Source: a virus. Taken from it: 64,000 nt of DNA. Made by a program: the position numbers and the translations under genes. The stretch spans positions 64,001 through 128,000 of IMG/VR virus record IMGVR_UViG_3300031951_000017. One strand, written 5' to 3'. The notes beneath the pieces were generated by a model that saw only the letters and a program-made list of their open reading frames with translations, had not been told where the DNA came from and ran no database searches. Shown here in pieces: positions 20,704 through 31,281 of this stretch (positions are counted from its first letter, which is position 1; each line of letters starts with the position of its first letter).

Positions 20704-21441
20704 ATGACAAGAAAAAAAACAACACCTACTAAAGAATCACCACTTATGATATCTGAAAGTACTTCAAAACTCTCTAAGAAAGACCAAATTAGGTCAATTA
20801 TTAAGAGAAGTAAAAATAAATTCCTTACTGATAGTCAAAAGGAATATTATGATAAATTATATAATAACCAAATTACAATTTGTTCAGGTCCTGCAGGTGT
20901 TGGTAAAAGCTACATTGCAATGAAGGCAGCAGTTGACTTAATCCACGACAGTGATAATTCATTTGAAAAGATTATTATTGTTAGACCTGCGGTTGAAGCC
21001 GAGGAGAAGTTAGGTTCATTACCTGGTAACTTGGAAGAAAAATTAGACCCGTATATCTTCCCATCTTATTACTTACTTAACAAAATTATCGGAAAAGAAG
21101 CTAGAGAAAAACTGAAACAAATTGAAGTTATTGAAGTATTTGCTTTAGCGTATATGAGAGGTATGAATATTGACAACTCAATATTGATATTTGAAGAGGC
21201 TCAAAACTCATCTCCAAGTCAAATGAAACTTCTATTGACAAGAATTGGGTTTAATAGTAAATTTTTTATATCTGGAGATATTGAACAAACTGACAGATAT
21301 AAAGATAAAAGACACTCAGGATTATTTGACGCAATTGAAAAATTTAGTGATGTTCCTGACATTGGGGTTCACAAATTTGGAGATGAAGACGTTGTTAGAA
21401 ATCCTTTAATTTCTAAAATATTAAAAAAATACGACACATGA
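20704..21441 (+). CDS. phoH: PhoH-family ATPase
   Basis: GPAGVGKS, RPAVEA..LG.LPG, YMRG, EAQN, GDIEQ, VRNP. Confidence 0.95.
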   Translation: MTRKKTTPTKESPLMISESTSKLSKKDQIRSIIKRSKNKFLTDSQKEYYDKLYNNQITICSGPAGVGKSYIAMKAAVDLIHDSDNSFEKIIIVRPAVEAEEKLGSLPGNLEEKLDPYIFPSYYLLNKIIGKEAREKLKQIEVIEVFALAYMRGMNIDNSILIFEEAQNSSPSQMKLLLTRIGFNSKFFISGDIEQTDRYKDKRHSGLFDAIEKFSDVPDIGVHKFGDEDVVRNPLISKILKKYDT

Positions 21442-22091
21442 AGATTGGGTTTAATTTTGTAGGTATAAGTTACGAAAAGGATAAAAGAGATTGGAGGATT
21501 GAAAAAGAGGCTTTTAAAAAACAAGTTATCGATTGTTGGGACAACTCTAATAATAAAATTATTAAATTAACAACTTATAAACAATACTCAACACACAATA
21601 ATAACTTAAATGAGTCGGCTCGTTGGTATAACCCTACAATAGATGAATTGTTAGATTTTTTTAAACCTAAAGACTTATTACTTTTAAATGTTGAAAATTC
21701 TAGTCAAATAAAAACATTTTTACAATCATTACTATTGTGGGAATTTGAGGATGTTGATTTTATTGTTTGTAGTAGATTTGATATTAAGTATAACGTTCCT
21801 GTTAATAATAATGTCGACTTAAATAAAATCAATTTTTTATTTAGAGAAGGTAAGTGGTGGACTGAACGTAGGTATATATGTGACAATTTTTTTATAATAC
21901 CTAAGAAATTTTTAGAGTCATTTACTAAAGCAATGCACTTACATCTCAAAAAAAACTCTTGGGATTGTATAAACATACACCCGATTTATAATTATTTATT
22001 GTTTTTTTTAGATGAAAACAATTTTCATTTCATGTATAATGATATGAATTCTTATAGTCATCATAATCCATATTATACTTTACTAAGATAA
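21438..22091 (+). CDS. Putative glycosylation-related protein
   Basis: SRFD and CDNF motifs; cluster context. Confidence 0.45.
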   Translation: MKIGFNFVGISYEKDKRDWRIEKEAFKKQVIDCWDNSNNKIIKLTTYKQYSTHNNNLNESARWYNPTIDELLDFFKPKDLLLLNVENSSQIKTFLQSLLLWEFEDVDFIVCSRFDIKYNVPVNNNVDLNKINFLFREGKWWTERRYICDNFFIIPKKFLESFTKAMHLHLKKNSWDCINIHPIYNYLLFFLDENNFHFMYNDMNSYSHHNPYYTLLR

Positions 22092-22696
22092 TGAGAATAG
22101 GAATAGAGGTTAATGGTGTACTAAGAGACACCATTTCTAAATTAGAACAAGTTTATCAAAAATACTTTATTGATAAGTGGGAAGGGTTTGATGAAACCCC
22201 TGATTTTGACTATGGTATGAATTTACCAGTAACTAGTTTAAATTTAAAAGAGCATTTTAAATTTAAAGATGATGAGGAATTCTTTTCATTTTTATATGAA
22301 GAAAACTCAATGGAAATATTTGGACACGCGGGTTCAACCGAGACTTTCACATTCAATGACTTTAATAGCATTTATTTAGAATTACGTAACAAAAATGATG
22401 TCGTAATTATATCGGATGAGATTGGGAAGTCGAAACCAGCAACATTATTCTTCTTGTCAAAATTTGGATGTTTAACTGAAGAAGTTAAATTTTATTCAAA
22501 TTCCACAATAAATTCGATGTGGGATAGAATAGACATTTTACTTACTGCAAATCCTGACTTATTATTAAACTATCCTAAAGATAAAAGAGTTATTAAATTC
22601 AATACACCATACAATGAACATATTGAATTTGGCGAATCTATTGACACTTTAAAGGATTTTTTAGATAAACTTAAAATTAAAGAATTAAATGATTAA
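22091..22696 (+). CDS. HAD-like 5'(3')-nucleotidase homologue with a degenerate active site
   Basis: MRIGIEVNGVLRD replaces IDxDGV; C-terminal PYN. Confidence 0.6.
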   Translation: MRIGIEVNGVLRDTISKLEQVYQKYFIDKWEGFDETPDFDYGMNLPVTSLNLKEHFKFKDDEEFFSFLYEENSMEIFGHAGSTETFTFNDFNSIYLELRNKNDVVIISDEIGKSKPATLFFLSKFGCLTEEVKFYSNSTINSMWDRIDILLTANPDLLLNYPKDKRVIKFNTPYNEHIEFGESIDTLKDFLDKLKIKELND

Positions 22697-22952
22697 AATT
22701 TTAAATGAAAATTATTACTTCGACTTAGATGTTTTGGACGCCTGTGTTCAAATGCCTAAAATAGAATCTTATTCCGGTGAAAATCACATCAATATCGTAA
22801 AATACGAAATGATTAAATTAATGGTTGAGGTCGTTATGGATTCGCAGGAGGAAGTCGATGAGAAACTAGGACCTAGGGCTGAAGGGATATCAATACCTTT
22901 TAAATTAGCATTTAACACCCTTTTAAATAAAAAAATAATAAATAAATACTAA
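22689..22952 (+). CDS. Hypothetical protein
   Basis: 87-aa ORF overlapping the upstream gene. Confidence 0.65.
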   Translation: MIKILNENYYFDLDVLDACVQMPKIESYSGENHINIVKYEMIKLMVEVVMDSQEEVDEKLGPRAEGISIPFKLAFNTLLNKKIINKY

Positions 22953-22953
22953 A

Positions 22954-24018
22954 ATGGACGAATTACAATTAAAAAAATTAGAAGAATCTATTAAAAATCT
23001 CGAAGAAAAAACATCGAGAATCTATTTGATGGTACAAGATACCAAAGGTAACCCTAAAGCCTCAGTAAGGTACATGTATCAAATGGGTATGGCTCTTAAA
23101 AACGGAGGGTTTAACATCATTATTCTTCATGAAAAAAATGACTATATTGGTGTTGGTGAGTGGTTAGGTGAGGAATATATGTCACTACCTCATAAATCTA
23201 TCGAATCAAAGAACTTGGAGGTTGCACCTGAGGACTTCATCATTATCCCAGAGATTTATGCATTTGTTATGGAACAAGTCGTTAAATTACCTTGTGCTAA
23301 AATAGTTCTATGTCAGGCATACGACCATATGTTAGAGACATTGAAACCTGGTATGAGTTGGCCACAATACGGATTTTACAAGTGTATCACAACTAGTGAG
23401 TTTCAAAAAGAGTATATTAGTAGTGTGATGAGAAATGTTTCATTCGATATAATTGAACCTTACATTTCTAATACTTTCACTAAAAATACAACACCGCCAA
23501 ATCCGATTATTGCAGTTCACACCCGTGACCAAAGAAAGACGATGAACATTATTAAATCTTTTTATTTGAAATTCCCACAATATCGTTGGGTGACGTTTAG
23601 AGATTTAAGAGGCGTTTCTGAACAAACATTTTCAGAATACTTGAGAGAATCATTTCTTTCAGTTTGGGTAGATGAGACAAGTGGTTATGGTACATTCCCA
23701 TTAGAGTCTATGAAATCTAACGTATTGTGCTTAGGGAAAACACCTAATTTAGTACCTACTTGGATGAATGAAAATAATGGTATTTGGATTACTAACGAAA
23801 ACTTGATAATTGACTATATCGCTGATTTGTTACAAAATTGGTTGGAGGATAATATTAGTCCTGAGATTTATGAAAAAATGGACGAGACAATTAACTCACT
23901 ACCAACTGAAGAAAGTTTCAATACACAAGTAATAGCTACATTTAGTGAATACTTTGTTAACCGAATTTCAGGATTTAAGTCACAATTAGATAAAATGAAA
24001 ACACAAGAACAAGAATAA
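22954..24018 (+). CDS. GT-B-like glycosyltransferase
   Basis: IIIPE; SGYGTFPLESM (E-motif-like). Confidence 0.65.
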   Translation: MDELQLKKLEESIKNLEEKTSRIYLMVQDTKGNPKASVRYMYQMGMALKNGGFNIIILHEKNDYIGVGEWLGEEYMSLPHKSIESKNLEVAPEDFIIIPEIYAFVMEQVVKLPCAKIVLCQAYDHMLETLKPGMSWPQYGFYKCITTSEFQKEYISSVMRNVSFDIIEPYISNTFTKNTTPPNPIIAVHTRDQRKTMNIIKSFYLKFPQYRWVTFRDLRGVSEQTFSEYLRESFLSVWVDETSGYGTFPLESMKSNVLCLGKTPNLVPTWMNENNGIWITNENLIIDYIADLLQNWLEDNISPEIYEKMDETINSLPTEESFNTQVIATFSEYFVNRISGFKSQLDKMKTQEQE

Positions 24019-24019
24019 T

Positions 24020-24868
24020 ATGGAAAACAATGAAGAAGTAAAAATTGATGCCGAATACATTAAGGTTGAGGGTCAAATGGATTTAACGGTAGTATTACCA
24101 ATTAAAACTATATCAGCTAAAAGATTTGATGAATTATTTGATGCTGCGATTAAATCTGTAAGAAATCAATTAGTTTCTTGTAGTGAATTAATTATAGTTC
24201 ATACCGATGAAACACCCCTTGTTGAATTTTTAAAGTCTTATGACTTTTTAAATTTAAATGTACGATTATTGGAATGGGTAAATGAACCTAATTTTGCCGA
24301 ACAAGTTAATTATGGTGTTAATAAAGCGGAAACTAAGTGGATTTCAATTCTAGAATTCGATGATGAATATTCATCCATTTGGTTCAAAAACGCTAAAAAA
24401 TATTCTGAAATTTACACCGATGTGGATATTTTCTTACCAATTGTTGTGGATATTGACGATAAAGGTGTGTTTGCTGGATTTACAAACGAAGCAACATTTG
24501 CAGCAAATTTCTCACAAGAAATTGGAATTTTAACAAATGATACCTTACAACAATATCAAAACTTCCAAAGTTCAGGTATGGTCTTTAAAAAGTCTTTGTT
24601 TGAAAAATTTGGTGGTGTTAAAAGTAACATTAAATTAACATTTATTTATGAAATGTTTTTAAGATATACACATAATTCTGTGAAAATTATGACTATCCCT
24701 AGAATAGGTTACAAACACGCTAATATGAGAGAAGGTTCAATTTTTTGGCAACATAAGTTTGGTACAGAAAAACTTTCAGAAAATGAAGTTAGATTTTGGA
24801 TTCAAACTGCAAAACAAGAGTACTTCTTCACAGAGGAGAGAGCTATAAATTATGAACAGGTTAATTAA
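24020..24868 (+). CDS. GT2-like glycosyltransferase
   Basis: LTVVLP, N.G...A...W..ILEFDD. Confidence 0.75.
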   Translation: MENNEEVKIDAEYIKVEGQMDLTVVLPIKTISAKRFDELFDAAIKSVRNQLVSCSELIIVHTDETPLVEFLKSYDFLNLNVRLLEWVNEPNFAEQVNYGVNKAETKWISILEFDDEYSSIWFKNAKKYSEIYTDVDIFLPIVVDIDDKGVFAGFTNEATFAANFSQEIGILTNDTLQQYQNFQSSGMVFKKSLFEKFGGVKSNIKLTFIYEMFLRYTHNSVKIMTIPRIGYKHANMREGSIFWQHKFGTEKLSENEVRFWIQTAKQEYFFTEERAINYEQVN

Positions 24869-25623
24869 TGACACAATCCGCAACAACTTTAGTTAGCGGT
24901 AATCAAAAGGCAGATAACGATAAAAAAGTAAAAAAAGTTAAGTCAGATAATTACTTTGATGTTAGAGAGGAATCTGCAGTAAGGATGTTTTTATTAACTG
25001 ATTGTGTAATTGAAAGAAATCAAATATACAATCAGTTTTTAAGAGCTCCGTTAGATAAGATGATATCTTCAATTATAAGAAGATATAAACTATACCGAAA
25101 AGACATGGATTTTGTCGAAATTCACGCAGATACCCATTCTTTTTTGATGACAAAAATTGATAAGTTTAGACCTTCTGAAAATAAGAAAGCTTACTCTTAC
25201 TTTGGTACTATATGTAAAAATTACCTTATGGGTCAAATTATTAAAGACCAGAAGGAGATGAATAGGAAAATATCTTATGAGGACATTTCTTCCGATTTAG
25301 AAGAAAGTAATAGTTTTTCATATAGGATTGATGAGGAAGAAATTGAAACTGACGTATTATTATTAAAATTTGTAACTCAACTCCGCGAATATATAGAAAC
25401 AGAACCATTAACTGAGAACGAAATCAAATTAGGTGACGCCCTAGTTGATTTGTTTGAGAATCATAATTTAATTTTTTCATCCGCGGATAATAATAAATTT
25501 AATAAAAATGTAATTTTATTATCTTTAAGGGAAATGACCAACTTATCTACTAAGGAAATTAGAATATCTCTGAAAAAATTTAAAAAACTTTACGTAGGTA
25601 TAGTTAACGAAGTTTATAAATAA
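24868..25623 (+). CDS. gp55-like late-transcription sigma factor
   Basis: Sigma region-2-like KIDKFRP...KAYSYFGTICKNYL, resembling T4 gp55. Confidence 0.65.
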   Translation: MTQSATTLVSGNQKADNDKKVKKVKSDNYFDVREESAVRMFLLTDCVIERNQIYNQFLRAPLDKMISSIIRRYKLYRKDMDFVEIHADTHSFLMTKIDKFRPSENKKAYSYFGTICKNYLMGQIIKDQKEMNRKISYEDISSDLEESNSFSYRIDEEEIETDVLLLKFVTQLREYIETEPLTENEIKLGDALVDLFENHNLIFSSADNNKFNKNVILLSLREMTNLSTKEIRISLKKFKKLYVGIVNEVYK

Positions 25624-25643
25624 AAAAAAATATATTTATAAAT

Positions 25644-26009
25644 ATGAGTAGACCAAAGAAAAAAGAGATTAATCTAACCAAAGAATCGATGTTATCATTG
25701 ATGCAGGAGATTTATAACGAATTAGTTGAACAAAGAAATACCGCAATCAGGATTCAAAATAAAATGCTGTCAATGATGAAGGAACCTGAAGATATGACAG
25801 TTATTGGACCTGTAATTGAAAAACAACAAAAAATTGTTAATGATTGTGTTGAAAAAAAATTACAATTATCTAAATTACAATCAACAATGTGGGAAAAAAC
25901 ACAAAATAGTGAGATAGAACTTACATTGAACGATTTAGATGAAGGTCTTATAAGTTCTCTAATCGATAGAGAAATTGAGGATGATAAAAACTATAAATTA
26001 AATAAGTAA
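25644..26009 (+). CDS. Hypothetical coiled-coil protein
   Basis: 121-aa ORF with TATTTAT 4 nt upstream of the ATG. Confidence 0.6.
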   Translation: MSRPKKKEINLTKESMLSLMQEIYNELVEQRNTAIRIQNKMLSMMKEPEDMTVIGPVIEKQQKIVNDCVEKKLQLSKLQSTMWEKTQNSEIELTLNDLDEGLISSLIDREIEDDKNYKLNK

Positions 26010-27949
26010 TGCCATTACCTTCAGATAAATTTGATAGTGCCGCAGGTAAAATTGATGGATTCAAAACCTATAAAGAAGTTTCAGCTGGAATCAAGGAACT
26101 CAAAGAAAAAGGTAGTAACTTTGAAGCAGCAGCAAAGGATAAAGCTCAGGGTATATCGTCAAAAGCTCAAGGTCTAACATCACAAGCAGAGTCCACGATA
26201 GCTTCTGCTAAAGATAAGGCAAAACAATTCCAACAACAGGCAACTACACAACTTGACCAACTATTACAATTAATTTCACTTAATACCGGAAATAGTTCAA
26301 GTACTGTTAATGCTTTGAAGGGTATATTTAACAAGGTTATTATTGCAACTTATAAACGAATCCCTGAGATTTTATTACAGGAAGCAATTAATGCAGTTGG
26401 GTGTTCCCAACAACAAGAATTTCAGCCTCAAGTTTTATATATTAAAGTCCCTTCCATTGATTTATTAAACATTCTTTTTTTATCACCAGATGAGCCACCC
26501 GGTAGATTTTGTTATGAAAAAGCACAGCCTCAAAATGGACAAGCTCCATTTGCCATGAATAAACTTCTTAATCAAATATTAAATCAAGAAAATGTACCCT
26601 TTCCTGGTTACATTGGTTTTTCAGGTAAAGAGTTGTTTGATATTGAATACGTAACTGTTGATGACCAAGGAAACTTTGGTGACTTTTATAAAGTAACGTT
26701 GAAAAATCGTTTATCCTTAAATGGTCAGGTACAAAACAAAGTTGGGGATTTTATTGTTGACTACTACAAGTCAATTAAAATTTTTGACGTGGCGTCAGTT
26801 TACCAATTAGTGATGGATTTAATTATGAATTCTTTTTCAATATCCGCTAATATAGGGACAAAACAGGTAGAATTAAAAAGTAAATTTGAGATTATATTAC
26901 AAAGAATTTTAGGTTTGTGTTTTGATAATACAAATGAAATTGACATTGCTGGTACATCAAAAGTATCTGAAACTGACGCAATTGACGAGTCATTTTTTCA
27001 ATTCACAGATATAGACCTCCGTAATATTGAAACCAAATTAAGTAATATTAGTCAAGGGGTAATTGAGTTTGAGAGTTGTGAAAATGTTAAACTTCCTGTA
27101 GATACTGAATTAATTAATTCACAACTTGATTTATTATTTGATGCGGATAATTTAGAAGACCAAATTGAGATTGCTAATAATTTAACCGACGTTATTGCTG
27201 ATAAATGGAAAAATCTATTAACAATACCCTATCTAGATTTTAAATTAAGTTTAGATTTATCTTTTATCAAAGAGTTACCAAAAGCGTTATGTACTGCAAT
27301 ATTATCACCAAAGGTATTATTACCAATTATGATAATGATTAAGGCACTTCAACAACAACTAGAAGCTGTTGACATTGAGGATTTTTTAAAGAAATTTAAA
27401 AAATTTATTATCAATTTTATGTCTAAATTAGGTGCAATATTTTTAGAAGAGTTATTTAAAGTCCTTAAAAAAGAAATAAGAAAACTTATCGCTTCAATAA
27501 TCTCTGACATTCAAGATGAAAGAGTTCAAAAGGCATATTTAATTATTTCCCAACTAGTTGAGGTAATTGAGATTGTTGTGTCTTTAATTAAAGATTATAG
27601 AAGTTGTAAATCTTTAATTGATGAAATATTAGCATTACTGAGATTAGCTGGTAATTTAGTAGGAAACCAATTACCATTCCCATTAGCGTTTGGTGCTCAA
27701 CTAAGGAGTGGTACTTCAGGGATACGTTCATTTATAAATACTATTGAGGAGATGCAGAAACTAGGAATACCTACAGGACCAATGCCCGACGGGTCACCAA
27801 ATTTAGGTATAATTTCAATGTTTTCACAATTACAAGGTCAAGAAAAAGAATCGGCCCAAAACTCTAAAACCACAACCGCATTACCAGCATTAACAGTATT
27901 ACCAGTAATGGTAACACAACCTGACCAAGCTGACGGATTAATACAATAG
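26009..27949 (+). CDS. Large helical late protein, possibly baseplate or tail associated
   Basis: 646 aa, amphipathic helices, upstream of the gp5-like gene. Confidence 0.5.
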   Translation: MPLPSDKFDSAAGKIDGFKTYKEVSAGIKELKEKGSNFEAAAKDKAQGISSKAQGLTSQAESTIASAKDKAKQFQQQATTQLDQLLQLISLNTGNSSSTVNALKGIFNKVIIATYKRIPEILLQEAINAVGCSQQQEFQPQVLYIKVPSIDLLNILFLSPDEPPGRFCYEKAQPQNGQAPFAMNKLLNQILNQENVPFPGYIGFSGKELFDIEYVTVDDQGNFGDFYKVTLKNRLSLNGQVQNKVGDFIVDYYKSIKIFDVASVYQLVMDLIMNSFSISANIGTKQVELKSKFEIILQRILGLCFDNTNEIDIAGTSKVSETDAIDESFFQFTDIDLRNIETKLSNISQGVIEFESCENVKLPVDTELINSQLDLLFDADNLEDQIEIANNLTDVIADKWKNLLTIPYLDFKLSLDLSFIKELPKALCTAILSPKVLLPIMIMIKALQQQLEAVDIEDFLKKFKKFIINFMSKLGAIFLEELFKVLKKEIRKLIASIISDIQDERVQKAYLIISQLVEVIEIVVSLIKDYRSCKSLIDEILALLRLAGNLVGNQLPFPLAFGAQLRSGTSGIRSFINTIEEMQKLGIPTGPMPDGSPNLGIISMFSQLQGQEKESAQNSKTTTALPALTVLPVMVTQPDQADGLIQ

Positions 27950-27951
27950 TT

Positions 27952-28164
27952 ATGTCATCAGATATTAGAAAAAAAATATTAGAAGTTTCTCAAAATTGTT
28001 CAGAAAGAACAAATAAAGAACTTATTGAGTCTATGGATTTTTTAAAACAGGATTTTGAACAAACTAAGAGTAATATCATACATCTTACAAAACATTTAGA
28101 TGGGATAGAATCCGTTTATAACAAAATATTAACAGAATACGAAAAACGAATAAATGGTAGATAA
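27952..28164 (+). CDS. Small coiled-coil protein
   Basis: 70-aa ORF coupled to its neighbours. Confidence 0.55.
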   Translation: MSSDIRKKILEVSQNCSERTNKELIESMDFLKQDFEQTKSNIIHLTKHLDGIESVYNKILTEYEKRINGR

Positions 28165-29698
28165 ACTTAAAGATAGTAAAATAATTTTTCCTGGTGAGGT
28201 CATTAGTAACCAAGACCCGTTATTTTTAGGTAGAATTAGAGCTAAAGATAAAACTAAAAATTTTTTAGATATCGTTGGTGCTAATCAAATAATATATTTG
28301 AATGAAACTAAAACTGACCTCGCTAAAGAATATTGGTGGGATAAGGAAAAAGACCCTTTTGTTTTTAACTCATTATTACCGATTGAATTGGGTACACGAC
28401 CCAAGGAAGGTGAGTACATTAACATTATATATATGAACAAGGATGTTAATTACCAAGACCAATATTATATCCAACCACCCCCTTCACAAATAACAAATAT
28501 TGGTAGGGACGTATACGAAAGTGCAGTTGGTAATACCGGACAAGGTTCACAAAATAAATCAGGTCCCGCATTAAAAGACACCTCAAATAAAACAGCTCCT
28601 GAGTCCTTTGGGGTGTTCCCAGAACCTAATGACACGGCAATTCTAGGTAGGAGTACATCTGATTTAATTATTCGTGATGATATTGAATCGGGTCACTCCT
28701 CAATTATGTTACGTTCTGGAAAATGTGAAACTTTAAAATCTAACACAAAACCTCTTCCCTATGATAAAAGAGCATTTATACAATTATCAGATTTTTCAAC
28801 AACTATAAATCCACCTGATAGTTTTTCATTTAATAATGTTTCTGAGGATGAACAACTTATTCGTTATTTAATTGAGTGGAATGTTCTTAATTTAGAAAAC
28901 CAATTTGATAGTTTTATATTTAATTTAACAATATATGAGTTAGCACCTAAAGATATTTTTACAACATCTAATTTTAATGAAAATACCCCATTAGGTTCAA
29001 ATGCAAAACTTTTTAAGACTTATACTTTTTATAATAAAACAAAAAATGATGTTGTAAAAATTACAAATAAATTATTAAAAGGTTTCAAAGACGGGACATG
29101 GAATTTACCTGATAGTCCTAAAGGAACTATTACTAATCAGTTTCCATTTGCATTTAGAGCTAATCCATTAACTTATAAATGGTTTGATGACCCAACCACA
29201 CCACAATTTGCTAATTTAAATTTAGTATATCCTAGAATAAGAATTTCACCTGCAAGTATTTTATCAGGATTTGGATTACAAGCTAATCCTGAACAGGAAG
29301 GACCACCGACAAAATCAACGCCATCTACATCTAAAATTAATACTAGTAACGCTAATAGAAATACCTTTGGTGTACAGGGTGCAAATAAGTTATTCTTATT
29401 ATCTCACAATTCATCTATAAGTGACAAAGGTGTAATTGATTTATCTAATTCAATTTATGGATTATCTCAACAACAAATAATGTCTGAGGTATATCCAAAA
29501 ACTGAACCAATGGTTAGGGGTGAACAATTAATGAAATTACTAGATTTAATGGTTAAATTTATGATTGCTCACGTACATCCTTTCCACGGAGTCCCACCAG
29601 TACCGACTGCATCGGACGGTACAACATCGGCACAGATACTTACAGAATTACAAAATGCACCTAATAATATTCTAAATCAAAATATCCGAATTAATTGA
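28154..29698 (+). CDS. gp5-like baseplate hub/central spike
   Basis: N-terminal OB-fold pattern GEV...DP..LGRIRA...P..GE; C-terminal VRGE.L...HVHP spike-tip HxH. Confidence 0.7.
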   Translation: MVDKLKDSKIIFPGEVISNQDPLFLGRIRAKDKTKNFLDIVGANQIIYLNETKTDLAKEYWWDKEKDPFVFNSLLPIELGTRPKEGEYINIIYMNKDVNYQDQYYIQPPPSQITNIGRDVYESAVGNTGQGSQNKSGPALKDTSNKTAPESFGVFPEPNDTAILGRSTSDLIIRDDIESGHSSIMLRSGKCETLKSNTKPLPYDKRAFIQLSDFSTTINPPDSFSFNNVSEDEQLIRYLIEWNVLNLENQFDSFIFNLTIYELAPKDIFTTSNFNENTPLGSNAKLFKTYTFYNKTKNDVVKITNKLLKGFKDGTWNLPDSPKGTITNQFPFAFRANPLTYKWFDDPTTPQFANLNLVYPRIRISPASILSGFGLQANPEQEGPPTKSTPSTSKINTSNANRNTFGVQGANKLFLLSHNSSISDKGVIDLSNSIYGLSQQQIMSEVYPKTEPMVRGEQLMKLLDLMVKFMIAHVHPFHGVPPVPTASDGTTSAQILTELQNAPNNILNQNIRIN

Positions 29699-29718
29699 TA
29701 TTTATCTAAAAAAGATAA

Positions 29719-31281
29719 ATGTCAATTCACAGGTCATATTTTTCAAAGAATAATACAATAATTTATAATTCTTTAATCAACACAGGTCAAAATCCTGTTG
29801 TTGATTTATTTTTTGGGTCGTCAAATGGTACGGTCTCTAGTCCTGGTTTTTCTAGATTAATTTTTGATTTAGATTTAAATACTCTATATGAGAAGTACAA
29901 TAATGGGACTTTAGGAAATAATTGTTGTAATGTGGTAACTACGACCACAACTAATTCAACTATTACCACTACAACTACCACGTCACCATTTTGTGTACCA
30001 AATATGAAACACGTATTAATGATGACCAATACTATAAAATTTGATGATTCATTAATCAACACATATAATTCTGATGATAGGTTACGTGCAACATCATTTG
30101 ATTTAGTTCTGTTTAGAATACCAAAAACCAATGATGGATTTCCACAATATTGGGATGAGGGTGTTGGGTATGACTATTATAATACTAATAAAACATTGAT
30201 TAAGGACAATGGTTATATTAACTTAACTGACCCAGAACAAGATAAACAAGTATCTGATAGACCTTCAAATTGGTACCAAGGAACGACATTAGAATTTTGG
30301 GGAACTCCTGGTATATATGATAACAAAAACTCAGGGACAACTAACTATTCAGGTCTTACAATAATTGCAAAACAACATTTTGAATTTGGTAATGAGGACA
30401 TCAATTTTGATATGACAGATGAAATTAATGGAATATTAACTGGTCAAATAACTGGTGTCACGGGATGGGGAATTGCGTTCTTACCTGACTTTGAGAACAT
30501 TACGGGACTAACATCTAATTATTCGGTTTCTTTTTTCTCAAGACATACTCAAACATTCTATGAACCATTTTTATTAACAACATATGATGATATAATCCAA
30601 GATGATAGAAATCTCTTTGTTGAGTTTCAAAATAATAAATTATACCTTTATGTTAATATTGGTGGTAAAATGCAGAATTTAGACACCGCACCAACTGTTT
30701 CTATATTTGACTCAAATGGTGACCCACTTACAGGAATGACAGATTTACCTTCTTGTCAGAGGACTTTAGGTGTTTATGAAGTATCTCTTCCCGAATTTGT
30801 TGGTTATTTTACACCTTGTACATTTACCGATAAATGGTCAAATGTATACTATAATGGTATAAAACTACCTGGCATTGAAAATGAATTTATTTTACAACCA
30901 TTTAATAAAAAATTCAAGATAGGCTCATTGTCAGTTGACCCACAAATCTATGGATTTGATTTTTACGGAATTAAACAAGATGAGAAAATATTAAATACTG
31001 ATATTAGGAAGGTGGGTGTTGTAATTAAAAAAGCTTATACTACTAATACACTTTTACCTTACGTTGACGCAAGTTATCGAATATATGTTAGAGAAGGTAC
31101 CACTGAGGTTCAGGTACAAGATTGGACAACAATTAATAGGACCCCAAATGAGTATTATTTTATATTTGACACTAGAGATAAAATACCAAATGAATATTAC
31201 ATTGATATTAAAGTAGAATCTAGTGGTCAAATAGATACTTATAAAAAACAGATTAAATTCCAAATAGTAAACAAAAAATGA
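29719..31281 (+). CDS. Putative virion structural protein
   Basis: SRL..DL, WDEG.G, SNW motifs, poly-Thr insertion; TATTTAT upstream. Confidence 0.55.
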   Translation: MSIHRSYFSKNNTIIYNSLINTGQNPVVDLFFGSSNGTVSSPGFSRLIFDLDLNTLYEKYNNGTLGNNCCNVVTTTTTNSTITTTTTTSPFCVPNMKHVLMMTNTIKFDDSLINTYNSDDRLRATSFDLVLFRIPKTNDGFPQYWDEGVGYDYYNTNKTLIKDNGYINLTDPEQDKQVSDRPSNWYQGTTLEFWGTPGIYDNKNSGTTNYSGLTIIAKQHFEFGNEDINFDMTDEINGILTGQITGVTGWGIAFLPDFENITGLTSNYSVSFFSRHTQTFYEPFLLTTYDDIIQDDRNLFVEFQNNKLYLYVNIGGKMQNLDTAPTVSIFDSNGDPLTGMTDLPSCQRTLGVYEVSLPEFVGYFTPCTFTDKWSNVYYNGIKLPGIENEFILQPFNKKFKIGSLSVDPQIYGFDFYGIKQDEKILNTDIRKVGVVIKKAYTTNTLLPYVDASYRIYVREGTTEVQVQDWTTINRTPNEYYFIFDTRDKIPNEYYIDIKVESSGQIDTYKKQIKFQIVNKK

